Notes under the pieces: generated by a model
Told to the model about the DNA's origin: nothing
Database searches by the model: none
The model's input: only the letters and a program-made list of their open reading frames with translations
Program-made: the position numbers and the translations under genes
DNA from: an uncultured Pseudomonadota bacterium
Lineage (GTDB): Bacteria > Pseudomonadota > Alphaproteobacteria > JACZXZ01
DNA length: 64,000 nucleotides
Direction of reading: 5' to 3'
NCBI GenBank assembly: GCA_963749075.1
Contig: CAVVLJ010000017.1
Span: forward strand, 768,001-832,000
In this document: one piece after another, positions 10,901 through 22,323 of the stretch
Position numbering within the stretch: the stretch's first letter is position 1
Layout: the number at the start of each line of letters is the position of its first letter

Positions 10901-11176
10901 GTCCTTGACGAAGCCGGTGACGAGGTGGCCGTAGTGCGGCAGGCCGTTGGCGAAGGGCGGGCCGTCGTAGAAGACGAACTCGTTGTGCTTGCCGCCGCGC
11001 ATGGCCGGGCGCTCCGCGACCGAGCGCTCGAAGATCTGCTCGCGCTGCCAAAAGGCGAGGATCTCCTCCTCCATGGCGGGGAAGCTCGGGTTGGGCTCGA
11101 GCTCCGGATAGGGCTTGTCGCCTGCCCTCTTCGCGGCGCTCTCGGCTGCGGCGGCGGTGCTCTCAGGCGCGGTCAT
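7964..11176 (-). CDS. ileS: Isoleucine--tRNA ligase, type 2 (eukaryote-like) IleRS
   Basis: FYDGPPFANGLPHYGH, GWDCHGLP, WTTTPWTLPSN, WNISRNRFWG, KLSKR; 1070 aa; IleRS2-type C-terminus without the zinc finger. Confidence 0.96.
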   Translation of the reverse strand: MTAPESTAAAAESAAKRAGDKPYPELEPNPSFPAMEEEILAFWQREQIFERSVAERPAMRGGKHNEFVFYDGPPFANGLPHYGHLVTGFVKDIVPRYQTMRGRRVERRFGWDCHGLPAELTAEQELGISGRPAILEYGIERFNDHCRTSVLRFTKEWEKYVTRQARWVDFKNDYKTLDLSFMESVMWAFKTLWDKGLIYEGYRVVAYSWAIQTPLSNFETRLDNAYRERQDPAVTVAFTLDSLPGETKPLKLLAWTTTPWTLPSNLALAVGADIDYAVFEEEDARYALAEAAAPKYEKQLANAVRVGTLKGSALLGRTYKPIFPFFAATEGAFRVLAGDFVSTEEGTGIVHMAPGFGEDDLDLCSKHGIPIVVPVDNAGRFTSEVKPYEGQLVFDANKPIIQDLKRMGVLVRQDTIVHNYPHCWRTDTPLIYRAINAWFLKVTDFRERMVELNKGINWIPSHVRDGLFGNWLAGARDWNISRNRFWGSPIPVWRSDDPAYPRINVYGSIDEIARDFGVRPQDLHRPGIDRLVRPNPDDPTGKSMMRRVEDVLDCWFESGSMPYAQVHYPFEHKEWFESHFPGDFIVEYVAQTRAWFYTLVVLAVALFDKVPFKNCLCHGVVLDENHQKLSKRLKNYPDPLEMFDTYGADALRWYLVSSPLLSGGDLAIPKDGRAIGEVQRHVLKPIWNAYYFFALYANADGIKAELVSEAENVLDRYILAKTRALVLDIESHLDAYDIPAPSAAVVRFLDALNNWYIRRSRERFWRAGRDRDKLAAYNTLYTVLTTLLRAVAPLVPYLSETVYRGLTGETSVHLALWPEVSAFPAEEELVETMDRVRDICSAALAIREQHNLRVRLPLSAMIVATPMAERLAAFRHLIEDEVNVKRVEFDAEIGKFGRLELHVNPKIGARIGKAVKEVLAAAKAGAWRDNGDGTVAAAGHTLAGEDFTLRLAVPEGQSALSLKGRGAVILDVTMTPELKAEGLARDLVRLIQTTRKEAGLHVSDRIELALSLPPELAAAVESHRRFIAEETLALALTLVPAERGTEGFRSEHELDGKPVAITLRRAAAAV

Positions 11177-11313
11177 GGCTCGAATGCGTCCCAGGAATGC
11201 GTTATTTAGGTCGCTTTGCGCGTTTCACATAGCCCGTGGGGCGCTGGGATGTAAAGCATGCTGACCGAGGAACGGCGATTGGCGGCAAGCGTCCGCGGGA
11301 TTATATTCCCCGC

Positions 11314-11538
11314 ATGAGGCACCTTACATTCCCAATCGTCATCGAAGGCGACGCCGACGGTTATTTCGCGTCTTGCCCGGCCCTTCAGGGTTGCTACAGC
11401 CAAGGCAGCACGCACGAGGAAGCCGTGCGGAATATCAGGGACGCCATACGCCTGCATGTTGCGGACCGCATCGCTGATGGCGAGGAGATCTCCGAGCCTG
11501 TTTCCGTGAGCCTTTCCACGGTCGAAATCGCTGTGTGA
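11314..11538 (+). CDS. hicB: HicB-family antitoxin (short, no C-terminal DNA-binding domain)
   Basis: YFASCPALQGCYSQGSTHEEAVRNIRDAI. Confidence 0.9.
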   Translation: MRHLTFPIVIEGDADGYFASCPALQGCYSQGSTHEEAVRNIRDAIRLHVADRIADGEEISEPVSVSLSTVEIAV

Positions 11539-11786
11539 TGCCGAGGCTTAAGCACCTCAAGGCGAGCGAAATCGCCGCCGCCTTGGAACGGGTCGGGTTT
11601 GCGCTCGCGAGGCAAAGCGGCAGCCATAAGATTTACAAGAACGCCGCAGGCAGGCGCGCGGCTTGGACGGGTGCCTCAGGGCCACCCCTTCTGGCTCGAC
11701 TGGCTCAGGCGCAACCGATACTGAGCGCGCTTGGCCAGCGCTCTGTCTTTCCCCTGTACAAGGAGCGCCGGCTCGGGAATCAATGA
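11538..11786 (+). pseudogene. hicA: HicA-family toxin with replaced or truncated C-terminus
   Basis: ALERVGFALARQSGSHKIYKNAAGRR is HicA-like, but the expected VTVP.H...L..IL segment is absent. Confidence 0.7.
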
Positions 11787-11819
11787 GCCGCGGACATTTC
11801 TAAGGCAGCAAGGTGCAGG

Positions 11820-12581
11820 ATGGCCGGCATTCTTCTCGAGCGCGAGGGCGTTACCGACGAGGAGCGGGCGGCCCATGCCCGTGCGATTGCCGCAACGGGG
11901 CGCGCGGCCTCGCTTCTGCGCGCGGCCGAGCTCAAGGCCAAGGTGGGTGCCGAGAAGCTCGGCAAGGCCCTCCAGTTCCCCGGCACGGCGCTCAGCGACC
12001 GCATCGTCGAGCCCGGCCCCTTCTCGCTCAAGATGGCGGCGGGCGATCATCTCCGCATCATCGATCTCGAGGGCCAGCAGGCGGTCGATTTCCTCGTCTA
12101 TGACGCGGCCGACGAGGAGAACCGCTACAACGCCGCCAACACCGTCAAGCTCAACCGCTCGATCTACATCGGCGCCGGCTTCAAGCTCTATTCCGATCTG
12201 GGCGAGGTGCTGATGACCGTGGTCGAGGACACGGTGGGCCACCACGACACGCTCGGCGGCTGCTGCAGCACGGAGGTCAATTACCGGCGCTACGGCATTG
12301 CCGGTACCGCGAGCTGCCGCAACAACTTCATCGCCGCACTCGCCGAGCACGGCATGCGCCCGCGCGACATCCCGGCCAACATCAATTTCTTCATGTACGT
12401 GCCGGTCAGGCCCGACGGCTCGACCGAGATCGCGGACGGCCTCTCGCAGCCCGGCGACTACGTCGATTTGCGCGCCGAGAAGGACGTGCTGGTGGCGATC
12501 TCGAACTGCCCACAGCTCTACAACCCATGCAACGGCTGGAACCCCACGCCCGTGCGCATCATCGAGTGGCGGCCGAAGTAG
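11820..12581 (+). CDS. DUF1989 urea carboxylase-associated family protein
   Basis: DLEGQQAVDF, HDTLGGCC, SCRNNF, NINFFM, SNCPQLYNPCNG. Confidence 0.88.
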   Translation: MAGILLEREGVTDEERAAHARAIAATGRAASLLRAAELKAKVGAEKLGKALQFPGTALSDRIVEPGPFSLKMAAGDHLRIIDLEGQQAVDFLVYDAADEENRYNAANTVKLNRSIYIGAGFKLYSDLGEVLMTVVEDTVGHHDTLGGCCSTEVNYRRYGIAGTASCRNNFIAALAEHGMRPRDIPANINFFMYVPVRPDGSTEIADGLSQPGDYVDLRAEKDVLVAISNCPQLYNPCNGWNPTPVRIIEWRPK

Positions 12582-12602
12582 AGGCTTCTAGGGCAAGGCG
12601 GC

Positions 12603-12679
12603 TGGTGGGCCCGGGTAGACTCGAACTACCGACCTCCCGCTTATCAGGCGAGCGCTCTAACCACCTGAGCTACGGGCCC
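12603..12679 (-). tRNA. tRNA-Ile(GAT)
   Basis: GGGCCCGTAGCTCAGGTGGTTAGAGCGCTCGCCTGATAAGCGGGAGGTCGGTAGTTCGAGTCTACCCGGGCCCACCA: full cloverleaf, GAT anticodon, encoded CCA; TTGACA upstream at 12718-12723. Confidence 0.97.
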
Positions 12680-12732
12680 CGTGGGGACGGCTGTTGCTAG
12701 ACCATGGCTAGTGCGGGTGTCAAGCGAGCCTC

Positions 12733-13467
12733 TCAGAGCTCCACCAGGAGGCCGTCCTCGGCAGCCTCGTGGGCGAGCTCGTGGAGCCTGCCGAGCATGT
12801 CGGCGCTCATGTGGGTCAGGATGGTGCGCTTGGGCCTGAGCGCGCCGAGATGCTCGAGGAGCGTGCGGTAGGTGAGGTGGAACTTGACCGGCTTCTCGAA
12901 GAAATAGGCCTCGGCGATGAAGAGGTCGGCGCCCTTCGCGGCCGGCACGAGCGCCTCCGTCCATTCCGTGTCGCCCGAATAGGCGATCACCTTGCCGCCC
13001 GCCTCGAGGCGCAGCGCGAAGGGCGGCGCCCCGCTCGGGTGGCGCACCTCGAAGGGCGTGACGGCGATGCCGTCGAGCATGACGCGCTCGCCCGGCACGA
13101 GCTCGACGATCTCGAGGGCGAAGCGCCGCTCCGCGCGCGAGGAGCCAGGGAAGAGCACTTCCATCGCCTGGGCGAGGCGCTCCCTGAGGCCGGGCGGGCC
13201 GGCGATGGTGAGGGGTGCCGTGCGCCGGCTCACCAGCTGCGCGTCGAGGATGACGAAGGGCAGCCCGCCGAAATGGTCGCCGTGCAGGTGGCTCACGAAG
13301 ATGGTGCGGACGGCGTTGGGCTCGACGCCGAAGCGGCGCATGGCGATGAGCGAGGAGGCGCCGCAGTCGACGAGGAAGCTCAGCCCCCCGCCCTCGACGT
13401 GGATGCAGGTGTTGAAGCGGCCGCCGCTGCCGAAGGCGTCGCCGCTGCCGAGAAAGCGCACGCGCAT
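12733..13467 (-). CDS. MBL-fold metallo-hydrolase (RNase Z/BN-like)
   Basis: FLGSGDAF, VDCG, SHLHGDH, YSGDT, LTHM. Confidence 0.9.
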   Translation of the reverse strand: MRVRFLGSGDAFGSGGRFNTCIHVEGGGLSFLVDCGASSLIAMRRFGVEPNAVRTIFVSHLHGDHFGGLPFVILDAQLVSRRTAPLTIAGPPGLRERLAQAMEVLFPGSSRAERRFALEIVELVPGERVMLDGIAVTPFEVRHPSGAPPFALRLEAGGKVIAYSGDTEWTEALVPAAKGADLFIAEAYFFEKPVKFHLTYRTLLEHLGALRPKRTILTHMSADMLGRLHELAHEAAEDGLLVEL

Positions 13468-13501
13468 GGGAGCATCCCTGGCATCATGGTGCGTGCGCGA
13501 T

Positions 13502-13602
13502 ACCCCCCTCCCTACCCTCCCCCTCAAGGGGGGAAAGAAAGATAAGCAGGCTCGCTTAACTAACCCCCTCCCCCCTTGAGGGGGAGGGTTGGGGTGGGGG
13601 GT
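13502..13602. repeat. REP-doublet/REPIN-like palindromic element, copy 1
   Basis: ACCCCCC..CCCTCCCCCTCAAGGGGGG...CCCCCCTTGAGGGGGAGGG..GGGGGGT; inverted arms with a variable spacer. Confidence 0.85.
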
Positions 13603-13692
13603 CACGCAAGCCCAAGAGTCAGCCCTAATTATACCCCTCGCGCGACATGCGCGACATTGCCGCAGCGCCGGCCGCCCACTAAGCTTGCCGCC

Positions 13693-14067
13693 ATGCAATG
13701 GACCCTCGTCTTCGCGAGCGTGAGCGGCGTGGTGGCGGTCGCCTTCGGCGCCTGGTCGGCGCACGGCGCCGAGGCGGTGCTCGACGCCCGGGCGCTCGGC
13801 TGGGTGAAGACGGCGGTCGAGTACCAGGCCTGGCACACGCTCGCACTTCTCGGCGTGGGCGTGCTCATGACGGTCAAGCCTGGCCGCTTCCTGCCGTACG
13901 CCGCCGGCGCCTTTGCCTTGGGCATCGTGCTCTTCTCGGGCGGCCTCTATCTCCTCGCCTTCATCGGCGCTTCGTTCCTCGCCTACGCCGTCCCGCTCGG
14001 CGGCATCGCCATGATCGCGGGCTGGCTCTTCCTCGCGATCTACGCCCTGATGATCGACCGGCGTTAG
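13693..14067 (+). CDS. DUF423 (YgdD/TMEM256) membrane protein
   Basis: AFGAWSAHG, TAVEYQAWH, LFSGGLY, PLGG...GW. Confidence 0.9.
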   Translation: MQWTLVFASVSGVVAVAFGAWSAHGAEAVLDARALGWVKTAVEYQAWHTLALLGVGVLMTVKPGRFLPYAAGAFALGIVLFSGGLYLLAFIGASFLAYAVPLGGIAMIAGWLFLAIYALMIDRR

Positions 14068-14087
14068 CTCATGGCCCTCAAATCCCG

Positions 14088-15281
14088 TCAGATGCGCGCG
14101 AGGTAGGGCTCGAGTGCCGCGAGGCTCGCGAGGTTGTGCGCCGCTGCGAAGAGGTCGACGTAGGGAAGTGCCGCCTGCATGCCGCGCGCCTCGGGGGCAT
14201 AGCCCTGCCAGCCGATGAGCGGGTTGAGCCAGACGATGCGCCGGCAGCGCCGCCGCAAGCTCGCCATCTCGCGCGCCAGGCGCTCGGGCTCGCCCGTGTC
14301 GTAGCCGTCCGAGAAGATCATCACCGCGGTGCGCGAATTGATGACGCGCCGCGCGTGCCAGCGGTTGAAATCGGCGAGGCTCTCGCCGATGCGCGTGCCG
14401 CCGCCGATCCCTTGCGCCATCAGTGCCATGCGATCGACCGCGCGCGCCGCGTCGCGCTCGCGCAAGGACTGGGAGACGTGGACGAGCCGGGTGTGGAAGA
14501 CGAAGGCCTCGGCCTCGCGGAAGGCCGCGACGACGCCGTGGATGAAGCGCACGAAGAACGCCGTATAGAGGCTCATGGAGCCGGACGCGTCGAGGAGGAT
14601 CACCAGGCGCAGCGGCTTGGCCTTGCGCCGGCGCCACACGAGATCGAGCGGCGTGCCGCCGCGGGAGACGCTGCGGTGGATGGTGCGCCTGAGATCGAGC
14701 CGCCGGCCGCGCCGCCTCGCCTGCTCGCGCCGCAGCAGGCGCGCGCGCATGGCGTGCGCCAGGCGCTCGGCGAGCGCATGGGCCGCCGCCACCTCCTGCG
14801 GATCGGCGATGTGGCGGAGATCGCGCGCCGCGAGGAGCTCGCCCTGAGACGCGCCGAGGCGGCGGCCGCGGCCGTCGACCGGCTCGTCGTCCCCGGTGCC
14901 GCGCTCGACGCGGTCGGGAGCGCCAAGCGCCGCCTCGGAGGTGCCGGCCGAGGGCAGCGGGCCAAGCGCGCGACGGCCCGCGGCTGACGCGGCGGAGGCT
15001 TGCCGCATCCGGCGCACGCCGCGGCCGAGCCAATAGGCGTCGAAGAGCTCGCCGAAGCGCTGCCAGTCGTCGTGGCTTGCCGCGAAGAGGGCGCGCAGCG
15101 CCGGCTTGAGCGACGACGGCCTGAGCACTGCCGGCGAGGCGAGAATGCGGAGCGCGTCGCGCGTCTCGCCGAGGCCGGGCGAGAGGCCATTGTCGCGCAG
15201 CGTGCGCACGAAGCCGGCGAGCCGCCGCCGCGCCGTGCTGCCGATGCCCTCGCTTTCCGCAGGGCCATGCGCGACCGGCAT
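14088..15281 (-). CDS. coxE: VWA-domain CO dehydrogenase accessory protein CoxE
   Basis: LDASGSM MIDAS motif, GGGTRIG, SDGYD, WLNPL; located in the cox operon. Confidence 0.9.
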   Translation of the reverse strand: MPVAHGPAESEGIGSTARRRLAGFVRTLRDNGLSPGLGETRDALRILASPAVLRPSSLKPALRALFAASHDDWQRFGELFDAYWLGRGVRRMRQASAASAAGRRALGPLPSAGTSEAALGAPDRVERGTGDDEPVDGRGRRLGASQGELLAARDLRHIADPQEVAAAHALAERLAHAMRARLLRREQARRRGRRLDLRRTIHRSVSRGGTPLDLVWRRRKAKPLRLVILLDASGSMSLYTAFFVRFIHGVVAAFREAEAFVFHTRLVHVSQSLRERDAARAVDRMALMAQGIGGGTRIGESLADFNRWHARRVINSRTAVMIFSDGYDTGEPERLAREMASLRRRCRRIVWLNPLIGWQGYAPEARGMQAALPYVDLFAAAHNLASLAALEPYLARI

Positions 15282-15296
15282 GGCGGCCCCCTCCCC

Positions 15297-16172
15297 TCAC
15301 GCCACCTTGCCGAGGAGGCGGTCGCTCACCTCGCGGCTCAAGCGCGAGCGGTCCTCGTGGGTCTTGATGAGGCAGACGAGCGTGTCGAAGACCGCCTCGG
15401 GCTCCTGGCGCAGGTCGTGGACCTCGAGGCCCGCGAGGGTCGCCGCCCAATCGAGCGTCTCGCCGACGCCGGGGACCTTGCGCAAATCCTCCTTGCGCAC
15501 GGCCGCGACCATGCGCGCGATCTGCAGCGCGAGTGCCGCGTCGATGCCGGGGAGCCGCGTCGCGATGATGCGCGCCTCGCGATCGACCTCGGGGAAGTCG
15601 AGGTAATGGTAGAGGCAGCGCCGGCGCAGCGCGTCGGAGAGCTCGCGCGTGGCGTTCGAGGTGAGCACGACGCGCGGGATCGAGCGCGCGACAATGGTGC
15701 CGAGCTCGGGGATGCTGACCTGGAAGTCCGAGAGCAGCTCGAGGAGGAAGGCCTCGAACTCCTCGTCGGCGCGGTCGACCTCGTCGACGAGGAGGACCGG
15801 CGGCTCGGCCCGGCGGATGGCGGCCAAGAGCGGACGCTCGAGGAGATATTTCTCCGAGAAGATCTGCTCCTCGATGGCCTCGGCGCCGGCGCCCTCCCGC
15901 ACCTTGATGGCGAGGAGCTGGCGCTGGTAATTCCACTCGTAGAGTGCCGCACTCTGGTCGAGGCCCTCGTAGCACTGCAGGCGGATGAGCTCCGAGCCGT
16001 GAAGGGCCGCGAGCGCCTTCCCCACCTCGGTCTTGCCCACCCCCGCCTCGCCTTCGAGCAAGAGCGGGCGCTTGAGGAAATCCATGAGCCAGAGCGCCGT
16101 CGCGAGGTCGCGGTCGGCGATGTAGCCGACCGCGGCGAGACGGTCGGCGATCTGCTCGCGGTCGAGGGTCAT
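15297..16172 (-). CDS. coxD: MoxR-type AAA+ ATPase CoxD
   Basis: GEAGVGKT Walker A, RLQCYEGLD, LVDEVD Walker B, ALRRRC. Confidence 0.92.
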   Translation of the reverse strand: MTLDREQIADRLAAVGYIADRDLATALWLMDFLKRPLLLEGEAGVGKTEVGKALAALHGSELIRLQCYEGLDQSAALYEWNYQRQLLAIKVREGAGAEAIEEQIFSEKYLLERPLLAAIRRAEPPVLLVDEVDRADEEFEAFLLELLSDFQVSIPELGTIVARSIPRVVLTSNATRELSDALRRRCLYHYLDFPEVDREARIIATRLPGIDAALALQIARMVAAVRKEDLRKVPGVGETLDWAATLAGLEVHDLRQEPEAVFDTLVCLIKTHEDRSRLSREVSDRLLGKVA

Positions 16173-16191
16173 GGCCGCTCGGCCGCGGGGT

Positions 16192-16292
16192 ACCCCCCAC
16201 CCCAACCCTCCCCCTCAAGGGGGGAGGGGGCCAGTTGGCGCATGCACGGATTCCTTCCCTCCCCCCTTGAGGGGGAGGGCAGGGAGGGGGGT
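16192..16292. repeat. REP-doublet/REPIN-like palindromic element, copy 2 (between coxL and coxD)
   Basis: Same inverted arms as 13502-13602 with a different spacer. Confidence 0.85.
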
Positions 16293-16305
16293 CAACTCAA
16301 AAACA

Positions 16306-18722
<2,417 letters not shown>

Positions 18723-18726
<4 letters not shown>

Positions 18727-19223
18727 TGCGCAGCCTCCTCGAACGGCACGCCCTTGAGCTTGGCGGCGGCGTACTGAATGGCCTTGACGATGTTCTGGTA
18801 GCCGGTGCAGCGGCAGAGGTTGCCCGAGATGCCGAAGCGGATCTCCTCCTCGCTCGGCGCCGGGTTCTCCTTGAGGAGGCGAAAGGCGCGCGTGATCATC
18901 CCCGGCGTGCAGAAGCCGCACTGCAGGCCGTGCATCTCGCGGAAGCCCTCCTGCAGCGCGTGGAGCGTGCCGTCGGCAGCCGCAATGCCCTCGATGGTGA
19001 CGATGTCGGCACCCTCCGCCTGCACCGCGAAGACGGTGCAGGACTTGACCGACTTGCCGTCGAGATCGACCGTGCAGGCACCGCAGTGGCTGGTGTCGCA
19101 GCCGATGTGCGGGCCGGTCAGGCTGAGCTCCTCGCGGAGGAAATGGATGAGGAGCAGGCGCGGCTCGACGAGCGCCTCCACCTTCCTCCCGTTCACCGTC
19201 ATGCTGACGAGCTGCTTCGCCAT
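18723..19223 (-). CDS. coxS: CO dehydrogenase small (2Fe-2S) subunit
   Basis: [26 protein letters not shown]. Confidence 0.96.
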
Positions 19224-19239
19224 CAGGACCTCCTGGTCG

Positions 19240-20103
19240 TCACTTGGCGCGCGACTTGGCGCGGGCGAGCGCCCTCGCCACCATGACGCCCGCCATCTTG
19301 GTGCGATAGTGCGCCGGCCCGCGGTTGTCGGAGGCGGGCGAGGTGATGGCCTCGGCCGCGGCCACGGCTTTCTTCACGGCGGCGGCGTCGAGCGTCGAGC
19401 CGACCACTGCCTTGGCGGCCTCCTCGGCCCAGAGCGCCGTCTCCGCGACGTTGGTGAGGGCGATCGAGCAGGCCGCCACCTTGCCGCCCGCAAGCGTCAG
19501 CACCACGGCTGCCGCCGCGGTCGCGTAATCGCCGATCTTGCGCTTGAGCTTCTCGTAGGCCCAGCCGTGGCCGGCGGCCGGCACGGGGATGCGCACGGCG
19601 GTCAGGAGCTCGCCCGGCTCGAGCGCCGTGACATAGGCGCCCTGGTAGAACTCGCGCGCCGCGATGCGGCGCCCGCCGCCCTTGCCGGCAAGCTCATAGG
19701 CGGCACCCAGGCACATCATCACCGCCGGCATGTCGTTGCCGGGATCGCCGTTCGCCACGTTGCCGCCGAGGGTTCCGACATAGCGCACCTGGGGGTCGGC
19801 GATGACGAGCGCCGTCTCTCGGATGAGCGGCAAGTGCCTAGCGAGCAGCTCCGAGGCCACGAGCTCGGCTTGCGTCGTCATGGCGCCGATCACGACGTCG
19901 CCACCCTCCGCGCGCACGCCGCGCAAGTCGGCGATGCCGCCCAAGTCGACGAGATGCTCGGGCTGGGCGAGCCGCAGCTTCATCATGGGAATGAGGCTGT
20001 GGCCGCCGGCAAGCGGGCGCGCCTCCTCGCCGAGATCGGCGAGCAGGCCCACGGCCTCGCTCACGGATTTCGGGCGATGGTAGGCAAACGGGCCTGGTAT
20101 CAC
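19240..20103 (-). CDS. coxM: CO dehydrogenase medium (FAD) subunit
   Basis: GTG start with GGAGG RBS; [38 protein letters not shown]. Confidence 0.95.
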   Translation of the reverse strand: MIPGPFAYHRPKSVSEAVGLLADLGEEARPLAGGHSLIPMMKLRLAQPEHLVDLGGIADLRGVRAEGGDVVIGAMTTQAELVASELLARHLPLIRETALVIADPQVRYVGTLGGNVANGDPGNDMPAVMMCLGAAYELAGKGGGRRIAAREFYQGAYVTALEPGELLTAVRIPVPAAGHGWAYEKLKRKIGDYATAAAAVVLTLAGGKVAACSIALTNVAETALWAEEAAKAVVGSTLDAAAVKKAVAAAEAITSPASDNRGPAHYRTKMAGVMVARALARAKSRAK

Positions 20104-20271
20104 GGCGCTCCTCCCGGACTTCGGCCGCTCGCAGCGGGCGGCGAAGGCCCGCCCGATCGAGGCGCCAAGGTCCACCTGTTGTGTTTTCTTGTGGATTCTT
20201 CCTTATCGCCGGCAGTTTGTCGAGTTCGTGCGATGCAACAGCCGGCACGGCTGTCGGGCTCCGGCCGGCAG

Positions 20272-22239
20272 CTAGCGACTGAGCGAGATCACGCGCTCGC
20301 CGGGCGCCGCGGCGGCGAGCGCTGCCGCAAGCGGGCGGTCGGTCACCAGGCAATCGGCGACACCCCGCGGCGGCTGCAAGCCGAGTTCGTCGCCCACGCC
20401 GAAGTAGCCGTTGAGCGGTCGCAAAGACCACCAGACCGCCGCGAGGTCGGTCAAATAGAGCTCGACGTAGCGGTCGAGGAAAGGGCTCTCCACGTCGACC
20501 GCGATGCGCCGGCAATGGCTGAGCTCGTCGTCGTGCGCCGCGAGATCCCAGGAGAGTGCTGTCTTGTATTTGGCGACCTGCACGCTCGGGTAGGGCGGCG
20601 AGGCGAAATGGATGCCGTCGGGATGCGTCGCCGCGATCGGCCGGGCGATGCCAAAGCCGAGCTGGGCGAGGAGAAAGGCGAGCGCCGGCAGTTGGCGCAA
20701 GCGCCGCCTCGGAGAGCCGCCCGGACGCTCTGCCGGCGCCGCGATCAAAAGCGGCGCTGCGGCCACGAGGAAGAGGAACGGACCGATCATGCTGATCGCC
20801 TTGCCCGCGGCCCAGAGCTTTCCCAGTGCCACGAGGGGGAGCGGCGTCGGCAGCGCCAGGAGCGCCCATAGTGCCAGGCGGCTGCCGCGCTCGTCGAAGC
20901 CGCGGCGCAAGGAGGCGAGGAGCGCGCGCGCGGCCGGGAGCAGGAGTGCCGCCATGGCCGCGAGCACGGCGAGCCGCCAGAGGACGCGCACGGCAAGCGG
21001 GAGCGCCGGCGGCGGCTGCAGGAAATAGAGCCCGAAGAGGCCGGTCACGAGATCGATCGGCACGAAGAGCGCCAGCTGCCACGGATCGAGGTGGAGGACC
21101 TGGCCGCGCTTGTGGGCGTCGGCGAAGTGCTGCGAGAGATCGAGCGGCATGAGGTAGCGCTGGAAATACAAGTACCAGTCGTTGGTGCGCGTGACGGCGG
21201 AATGGATTTGGCGGAAGAGGACTGCCGTCGTGCCGTCCCAGCAGGGCAGCGTGAGCGCCACCCCGAGTGCCGCCGCCGCGACGAGGACGAGCGGCCGGGC
21301 ACCCCGGCCGCGCCAGCAGATCAGCGTGGCGGCGCCGATCGTGGCGGCGTAGATCGGCACGCATTCCGGATAGAGGTAGAGGCCGCCCGCCGCGGCGAGC
21401 GCCACGAGGACGCCGAGCCGCACGTCTTGGCCGAGCCGGCTCTCCGCCTGCCGCGGATCGAGGACGACGAGCGCCAGGCTGCCGGCGAGCAGCACCACCG
21501 GCAGGCCGGCGAGCTCGCTCCAGGCATCGATGTCGAAGACATATTGCAGGAAGAAGCCGAGCGCCAAGGGCGCAGCACCTGCCGTAGCCGCGAGTAGACG
21601 CCGGCCGCCGAGTGCCGTGAGCGTGAAGGCGAAGGCGAAGAAGCTCAAGAGCTGAATGAACGCCTCGAAGACGTAAGCGGTGCTCGTCGGCGGCGAGCCG
21701 GCGAGAAAGGAGGCCGCGGCATGCGCGATGCTGACGGCAGGCCGTTCGCCGAGATTGCTTCCGGCAAAGAGGATGAAGTCGTTCGCGGGCGGCATGGCGT
21801 GCCCGGCTGCCATCAGCTCGTCGTGGCTCAAGTGGTAGTAGGCAACGCTGCCCGCGAGGTAGCTCAACTGGTCCCAGATATTGCCCTGAAAGACGGCGAA
21901 CTGCGGCCCGCCGGTCCATTTGGGCAGCAGCAGCAGGAGTGCGGTCGCGACGGCGATGGCCGCCGGCGCTGCGGCAGTGCGATCGAGGCGGCCGGGCGGC
22001 ACCGCAAGGGCGGCGAGGAGGCCGCAGGCGGCGAGGGCGCTGCCGACGAGGAAGATGTCCCAGGCCGGCACGTCCCAGAGATAGAGGATGTTCGCGAGCA
22101 CGCTCAGGAGGGCTACGCCGAGCACCGGTGCTGCAAGCACCCGGCCGGGGACGTGCGCCGCCGGCAGGAGGATCGCGGGCAGCCAGCCGATGAGCCCGAA
22201 CCAGCCGACGAGACCGGCCATGAAGAGGAAATCCGCCAT
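20272..22239 (-). CDS. Hypothetical polytopic membrane protein (possibly GT-C-like)
   Basis: 655 aa with many hydrophobic segments; loop motif FQGNIWDQLSY. Confidence 0.7.
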   Translation of the reverse strand: MADFLFMAGLVGWFGLIGWLPAILLPAAHVPGRVLAAPVLGVALLSVLANILYLWDVPAWDIFLVGSALAACGLLAALAVPPGRLDRTAAAPAAIAVATALLLLLPKWTGGPQFAVFQGNIWDQLSYLAGSVAYYHLSHDELMAAGHAMPPANDFILFAGSNLGERPAVSIAHAAASFLAGSPPTSTAYVFEAFIQLLSFFAFAFTLTALGGRRLLAATAGAAPLALGFFLQYVFDIDAWSELAGLPVVLLAGSLALVVLDPRQAESRLGQDVRLGVLVALAAAGGLYLYPECVPIYAATIGAATLICWRGRGARPLVLVAAAALGVALTLPCWDGTTAVLFRQIHSAVTRTNDWYLYFQRYLMPLDLSQHFADAHKRGQVLHLDPWQLALFVPIDLVTGLFGLYFLQPPPALPLAVRVLWRLAVLAAMAALLLPAARALLASLRRGFDERGSRLALWALLALPTPLPLVALGKLWAAGKAISMIGPFLFLVAAAPLLIAAPAERPGGSPRRRLRQLPALAFLLAQLGFGIARPIAATHPDGIHFASPPYPSVQVAKYKTALSWDLAAHDDELSHCRRIAVDVESPFLDRYVELYLTDLAAVWWSLRPLNGYFGVGDELGLQPPRGVADCLVTDRPLAAALAAAAPGERVISLSR

Positions 22240-22323
22240 CGCCGCTCTTTGTTATAATGCGCGCCGCCGCCATGGCGTATACAGCCTTTCCCCGCGATCG
22301 GCGATAGAAGGACGCTCGCCGGC

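Noticed and set aside
8021-11209. 1062-aa plus-strand ORF and other long antisense ORFs (16171-18777, 33753-36758, 58641-60971)
   Set aside because: Shadow frames of real genes (ileS, coxL, aclA, mdtC), expected at high GC; no motifs of their own
12603-12640. tRNA 3' end as an integration site
   Set aside because: No integrase and no duplicated tRNA 3' end seen in the window
12733-16218. 1161-aa ORF suggesting a giant MBL fusion
   Set aside because: Off-frame read-through across coxD, coxE and a repeat; the real MBL gene starts at 13467
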